The position numbers were made by a program, and so were the translations under genes. Below the pieces are notes generated by a model. That model saw nothing but the letters and a program-made list of their open reading frames with translations, searched no databases and had not been told where the DNA came from. DNA of 63,407 bases, the filler included, from Reclinomonas americana ATCC 50394 (lineage: Eukaryota), in NCBI GenBank assembly GCA_048213135.1. It is 16 parts of 16 records of this genome, joined end to end, with 100 filler letters (N's around TTAATTAATTAA, not from the genome) between each part and the next. Parts side by side here need not be neighbours in the genome. Positions count along the whole stretch, not along the records: positions 57,853 to 59,696 come from AFZH01020836.1; positions 59,797 to 61,236 come from AFZH01020838.1; positions 61,337 to 63,407 come from AFZH01020839.1; 13 more parts are not named here. The stretch is one strand, 5' to 3'. Positions within the stretch are counted from its first letter, which is position 1; every line of letters begins with the position of its first letter. This document shows positions 58,291 through 63,407 of the stretch, one piece after another.

Positions 58291-58664
58291 AGCGTGTGGG
58301 GAGGGGAGAGTGGCATCGCTTCGCCTGCCGTCCTTCAATGAATTCCTGCTCACACTCCGCGGCGTGCAGGTGAACAAGGAGCTGCAAAAAGTGATTGAGC
58401 GGAACGCCGACTTCCGCATCCTCGTGCTGGTGTTCCTTGCCGTTGCCAGCTTCGGGCTGCTGTTCTTGGACTGGTACGGATGATTGTCGTGATGAGACAC
58501 ATAAGTGTACGGATCGGCGAGAGCATGCACCATCATCTCTCCGGTAATAAGTCTCCGCATGCATGCAACACGTGAATGATTCACCAACATTCAATGAACC
58601 AAGCTCGACGGCAAAAAACACACTACACAAAACACAAGAGAGATGAATGAATTGTCGCCGTCCA

Positions 58665-58911
58665 TTAGCGATTCTCCAACTCGGCGGCCTCGCGTGCCCG
58701 TTTGCGATGCATGAACATCGCAATAATGGCCGGGAAGAAGAGCACAACGTAAATGGCGACAGCAATCTGTACCAGCGTGCGGCGAGTGAGACAAAGGGCA
58801 GTGTGAGTGGGGTGAATACACTGCGAGTGACGCACAAACATGGACTTGACAGGCTTGTCAAAGTCAGTCACGTCGTGCTCCTTCAGCGAGTGGCGCAGAG
58901 TGGGGTTGCTG
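58665..58911 (-). CDS. Small membrane protein, possibly V-ATPase subunit f / RNASEK-like (last two exons only)
   Basis: NPTLRHSLKEHDVTDFDKPVKSMF|IAVAIYVVLFFPAIIAMFMHRKRARE resembles the RNASEK second TM (F-I-A-x-x-x-Y followed by a basic tail). The first TM exon was not found. Confidence 0.35.
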
Positions 58912-59551
58912 TGAGGCGAGACAATGAGTGAGGTGGATGGAGAGAGGGCGGTAGGGCGAGGGAGAGGAGGAGAAAAGGTGGATTCCACTTGTCACATGAC
59001 CACACGCATAGCAAGTCGTTGTGAGAAAGAGAAGGGGAAGAAACAGGATGTGACACAGACAGTTCTCACTGCGATCGAATCTGTGCAAATGACTGGGAGA
59101 ATAGCGGCAGAATGCGCATGTGACAAAGAGAACGAGAAATGAAGATTGTGCAGGCGAGGTCAGACCAGCTTGTCTCTCAGTGAGAAAGAGTGCACGACAG
59201 AGAGGCAAGAAGTAACACGGACGACGAGGGCATGGTTGGTGCACCCTTCTCAAGAGTGCTCCAAGCAGACATAGTCAGACACGCATGTCTCTCTGATTGT
59301 GCGAATGAGAGTTCTCAAACGCGCCTGCCTCTCAGAGCGTCTTGAGCGAGAGCGCGTGCGTGTGCATGCGTGTGCTGAGAGAGACAGAGCACACGCGTTC
59401 AAGCAGATAGCGTGTGAGAGAGTGTGAGAGCGCAGAAGCTCATCATGAGACTGCAGAGAGAGAAGAGAGAAAGAGAGAGGCTCCATCACACATGCTTCTC
59501 AAATGCGCTTTCAAGAGATTGTGAGTATATTTGCCTGCCAGTCTGTGTGTG

Positions 59552-59683
<132 letters not shown>

Positions 59684-59859
59684 GACGACGACGAGANNNN
59701 NNNNNNNNNNNNNNNNNNNNNNNNNNNNNNNNNNNNNNNNTTAATTAATTAANNNNNNNNNNNNNNNNNNNNNNNNNNNNNNNNNNNNNNNNNNNNCGCA
59801 AGCTGTCTGCATGACAAATCGCATTCACAAACAAGACAAACGCCGTCAATGTTAGTTTA

Positions 59860-60640
59860 CGGATCCGGGCCCGGCTTTGCTTTGTTTGCCTGGCCAGGCA
59901 GCAGCAGCAGGTTTTCATGTGTCGGAATTTCGAACAAAAGTCGAGAACTTCGATTTTCACCAGTGAACGATCAGAGTCAACAAAATGACGGGGAGTTCAC
60001 GTGGTTTCTTTTCGAGCCTCGGTTAAAGCAAGACCCGAGCGAGAGAGACAAAAACTGCTCACTCAAGATGGTGATCATCATGCAGCTGCTGCTGTTTGGA
60101 TTAGTAAAGTTGTTGTTTCCAATAGTGAAGATAATCAACAGGAAAGAAAGTGAAAAACGAGAGGATAAGACTCCGTATTTTCACTTTATGAAACCATGAT
60201 ATTCCAACAGTGGAAATCTGGACTTCACCGCATACGCGTGGTTGACCAGTGGATTTGACGCACTTGCATAGACGCATGGCGTTTTCTGCGATCGTACACG
60301 GCACATCGAATTCGGGAAAAGGCCATAAGCCAGGCAAACAAAGCAAAGCCGGGTCCGGATCCGAGAAGCAGGCAAAGCAAACAGTGGTGGTGTCGTATGT
60401 TGGTGGCGTGGGAAACGAATCCACCGTTCACCCACGCTGTATGCGGTGAAGATCGCAGTTCTCGACTTGTTCGAAGCTCCGAGAGCGAACACATGAAAAA
60501 GAAATCTGTGATGGAAGTGTTGAGCTGCGGAACACGAAGTCGAGGACAATCCATAACTGTAGTGTCCTCTCCTTCAGTTCCTTGCTTCTGTAGGCTTCCT
60601 CTCTTACGAGAGCAAGCCACCTGGTTGGCACTTCCGTGGT
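59860..60640. repeat. Dispersed intergenic repeat, copy B, with internal inverted repeats (fold-back)
   Basis: Inverted pairs: 60223-60255 with 60418-60451, 59912-59961 with 60445-60499, and 59861-59893 with 60330-60362. Homologous to 15248-15695. Confidence 0.8.
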
Positions 60641-61112
60641 GGCTGCCTCAAGATTGGTATTTGTGTGAAATGTGGTAAATGAAGTGTTTTTGTTTCTGAT
60701 GTTTTGGATACGGTAGGACTTGGTCATGAACACTTGTACAGCTGTTGCTTGTTTGTCGCCGACCGAATTGCTGTTTTTTTTGTTGTCAGCACAGTGGCAG
60801 CCACTGACCTCCGGCCGCAGAGTGCGAAACAAGAGGACTTCGGGAAGGCGAATGTGAGAACGAAACAGCTGCAGACAAGCTGGCTGCACATGCGTGGTAA
60901 CAACGTAGCAGACGATCAGCGTCATCGCTACCGCAGCGCACCTCTGGCTCTCCACAAACAACAACAGAGAATCACAAGCGCTCTATCATTTTACAAACAC
61001 ATTTTCCACCTCACGTCCAAACGAGAAACAAAAAGAGAGAGAGAGAGAGCGCATCAACGCCCCACGCCCGCCCCCTCTCTCTTCCCCTTTCTTCTCCCAC
61101 CCTCCCCCCTCC

Positions 61113-63407
61113 TCAACACGGGAACACATACACCTGCTCTGCGGCAGCCACAAACTCGAGACCGTCGCTGCTGCAGGCCACCGACACCCACCCACGAGTG
61201 GAATCACGAGCCGTCCACGTCGCCCCAGAGTCGGCANNNNNNNNNNNNNNNNNNNNNNNNNNNNNNNNNNNNNNNNNNNNTTAATTAATTAANNNNNNNN
61301 NNNNNNNNNNNNNNNNNNNNNNNNNNNNNNNNNNNNATTTGGCCATTGTTCACCACAGCCACCAGCTGAGTGCCGTCACTGCTGGAGGCCACCGACAGCC
61401 ACGAGCGGCTGGAATTACGAGCCGTCCATGTCACGCCAGTGTCAGTGGAGGTGTAAATTTGACCATTGGTAACCGCAGCCACCAGTTTGGTGCCGTCGCT
61501 GCTGGAGGCCACCGATCGCCAGATGCGAATGGCATCACGAGGTGTCCACGTCACGCCAGAGTCGATGGAGGTGTAAATCTTGTCGTTGTTTGCGACCGCC
61601 ACCAGCTTGCTGCCGTCGCTGCTGGAGGCCACAGATCGCCAGGCGCGATTGGCATCCCGAGGTGTCCACGTCGCGCCAGAGTCGATGGAGGTGTAAATCT
61701 GACCACTGCTGACGCCAGCCACCAGCTTGCTGCCGTCACTGCTGGAGGCCACCGAATTCCAGTTACGAGCAGATTCATGAGACGTCCACGAAACGCCAGA
61801 GTTAGTGGAGGTGAAAATCTGACCGCCACCAACAACAGCCACCAACTTGGTGCCGTCGCTGTTGGAGGTCACCGACGCCCAGCTGCGACTGGAGTCACGC
61901 ACGGTCCACGTCGCGCCACTGTCTGTGGAAGTGTAAAGCTGACCGCCGAACAACGCAGCCACCAGCTTGGTGCCGTCAGTGCTGGAGGCCACCGACTGCC
62001 AGGAAGTGGCCACCTGCAGCCCTTGGCCTGCGCCAACTGCTGTCCACGCCACGCCCGAATTCGTGGAGATGTAGATCTGACCCAATTGCACAACGGCCAC
62101 GAGCTGGGTACCGTCACTGCTGGAGACCACGGAACTCCAGAGGCGAGTGGAGTCACGGACCGTCCAGGTTGCACCAGAATTTGCGGAGGTGAAAATCTGG
62201 CCACCGTTCACCACCGCCACCAGCTTGGTACCGTCGCTGCTGGAGGAAACTCCAATCCAGGCGCGATTGGAATCACGAGCCGTCCAGATTGCGCCAGAAT
62301 CAGTGGAGGTGTAAATCTGACCGCTGCTTACGACGGCCACCAGTTTGGTACCATCACTGCTCGACGCCACACCCACCCAATTGCGATTGGAATCGTGAGG
62401 TACCCAGTTCGCACCAGAGTCAGTCGACGTGTAAATCTGACCCGTACTCACAACAGCAACCAACTTGGTACCGTCACTGCTGGAGGCCACAGCGCGCCAG
62501 GCGCGAGTGGAGTCACGGGGGGTCCACGTCACACCCGAGTCAGTGGAGGTGTAGAGCTGTCCGCCTTGCACAGCAGCCACAAGATTTGTACCGTCGCTGC
62601 TGGAGGCCACGCTGACCCAGTCGCGTGTTGACTCACGAGCCGTCCACGTCACACCAGAATCGGTGGAGGTGTAAGTCAGACCAGTTAGAACAATAGCCAC
62701 CAGCTGGGAGCCGTCACTGCTGGAGGCCACTGTCCACCAGTTGCGGTTGGATTCGCGAGCCGTCCATGTCGCGCCAGCGTCCGTAGAGGTGAAGAGCTGA
62801 CCATTGTTCACTGCAGCCACCAGCTTGGTGCCGTCGGTGCTGGAGGCCACTGACTGCCACCTGCCAATGTATCCAAGAGCAACAGTGGGACTTGCGGAGC
62901 ATGTTGAACACGATGACCCTGTTTGCGAATCGCATATTAGAGGAAATGCGCAGCAATCTCGAAATTCCTAACAACCAAAAATGTACAACTGCATCACTTA
63001 CCACTCCATGGAGTTGTGCACGTGCACGTCCCAGAAGTGCCGCAGGTACCACGAGCCGAACAAGTAATGGTAGGACTGCAGTTGCAGCTGGCATTGGTGT
63101 AGTCGCCCGTGCACAGACACGTACCATTACTCTGGCACGTTCCGTGTCCAGAGCACGTCGTGGCTGCCGTACAGTTGACATTGCACGACGCACCAAAATA
63201 GTCCGTGTCACACTGGCATGTGCCGTCAGTCTTGCACGTTCCGTGGCCAGAGCACGTCGTACCCGCCGTACAGTTGACATTGCACGATCCACCAAAATAG
63301 TCCGTGTCGCACTGGCATGAGCCGTCACTCTGGCACGTTCCGTGGCCAGAGCAGGTGGTGGCTGACACACAATTCGGAATGCACGGGAACACATACACCT
63401 GCTCTGC
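61113..63407 (-). CDS. Extracellular protein with EGF-like repeats and two 7-blade BNR/Asp-box beta-propellers (5'-partial)
   Basis: Four CS(GH/AR)GTC EGF-like units, an intron at 63001-62919, then intronless 40-aa (120-bp) repeats SSSDGTKLVA...GQIYTSTDSGxTW. It ends ...EQVYVFPC* at 61113 across a gap. Confidence 0.8.

Overview
Intron-rich, GC-rich eukaryotic (protist-like) nuclear scaffold. Fifteen 100-nt artificial gap linkers (N44-TTAATTAATTAA-N44) interrupt it, mostly next to microsatellites. I reconstructed about 17 genes by hand. Named ones are a CRT-family transporter, GT90 and GT34 glycosyltransferases, a roughly 13.5-kb polycystin-1-like receptor (at least 10 cadherin-like repeats, FN3, REJ, GPS and 5 TM), nuclear CcmH, organellar uL13, a CPSF6-like RRM protein, prenylcysteine oxidase, LSG1, VPS8 and an EGF/BNR beta-propeller protein. 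Several others are uncharacterised. The most striking signals concern splicing. First, about 27 frame-inferred introns use a donor shifted by one base (GTTGCGT, GTTTCGT, GTTGAGT), nearly all where the last exon base is not G. Second, the CPSF6-like gene has a U12-type AT-AC intron with a consensus donor and branch point. There is also a rearranged, fold-back dispersed repeat family in intergenic DNA. All gene models and family assignments come from manual motif recognition; no database searches were run.
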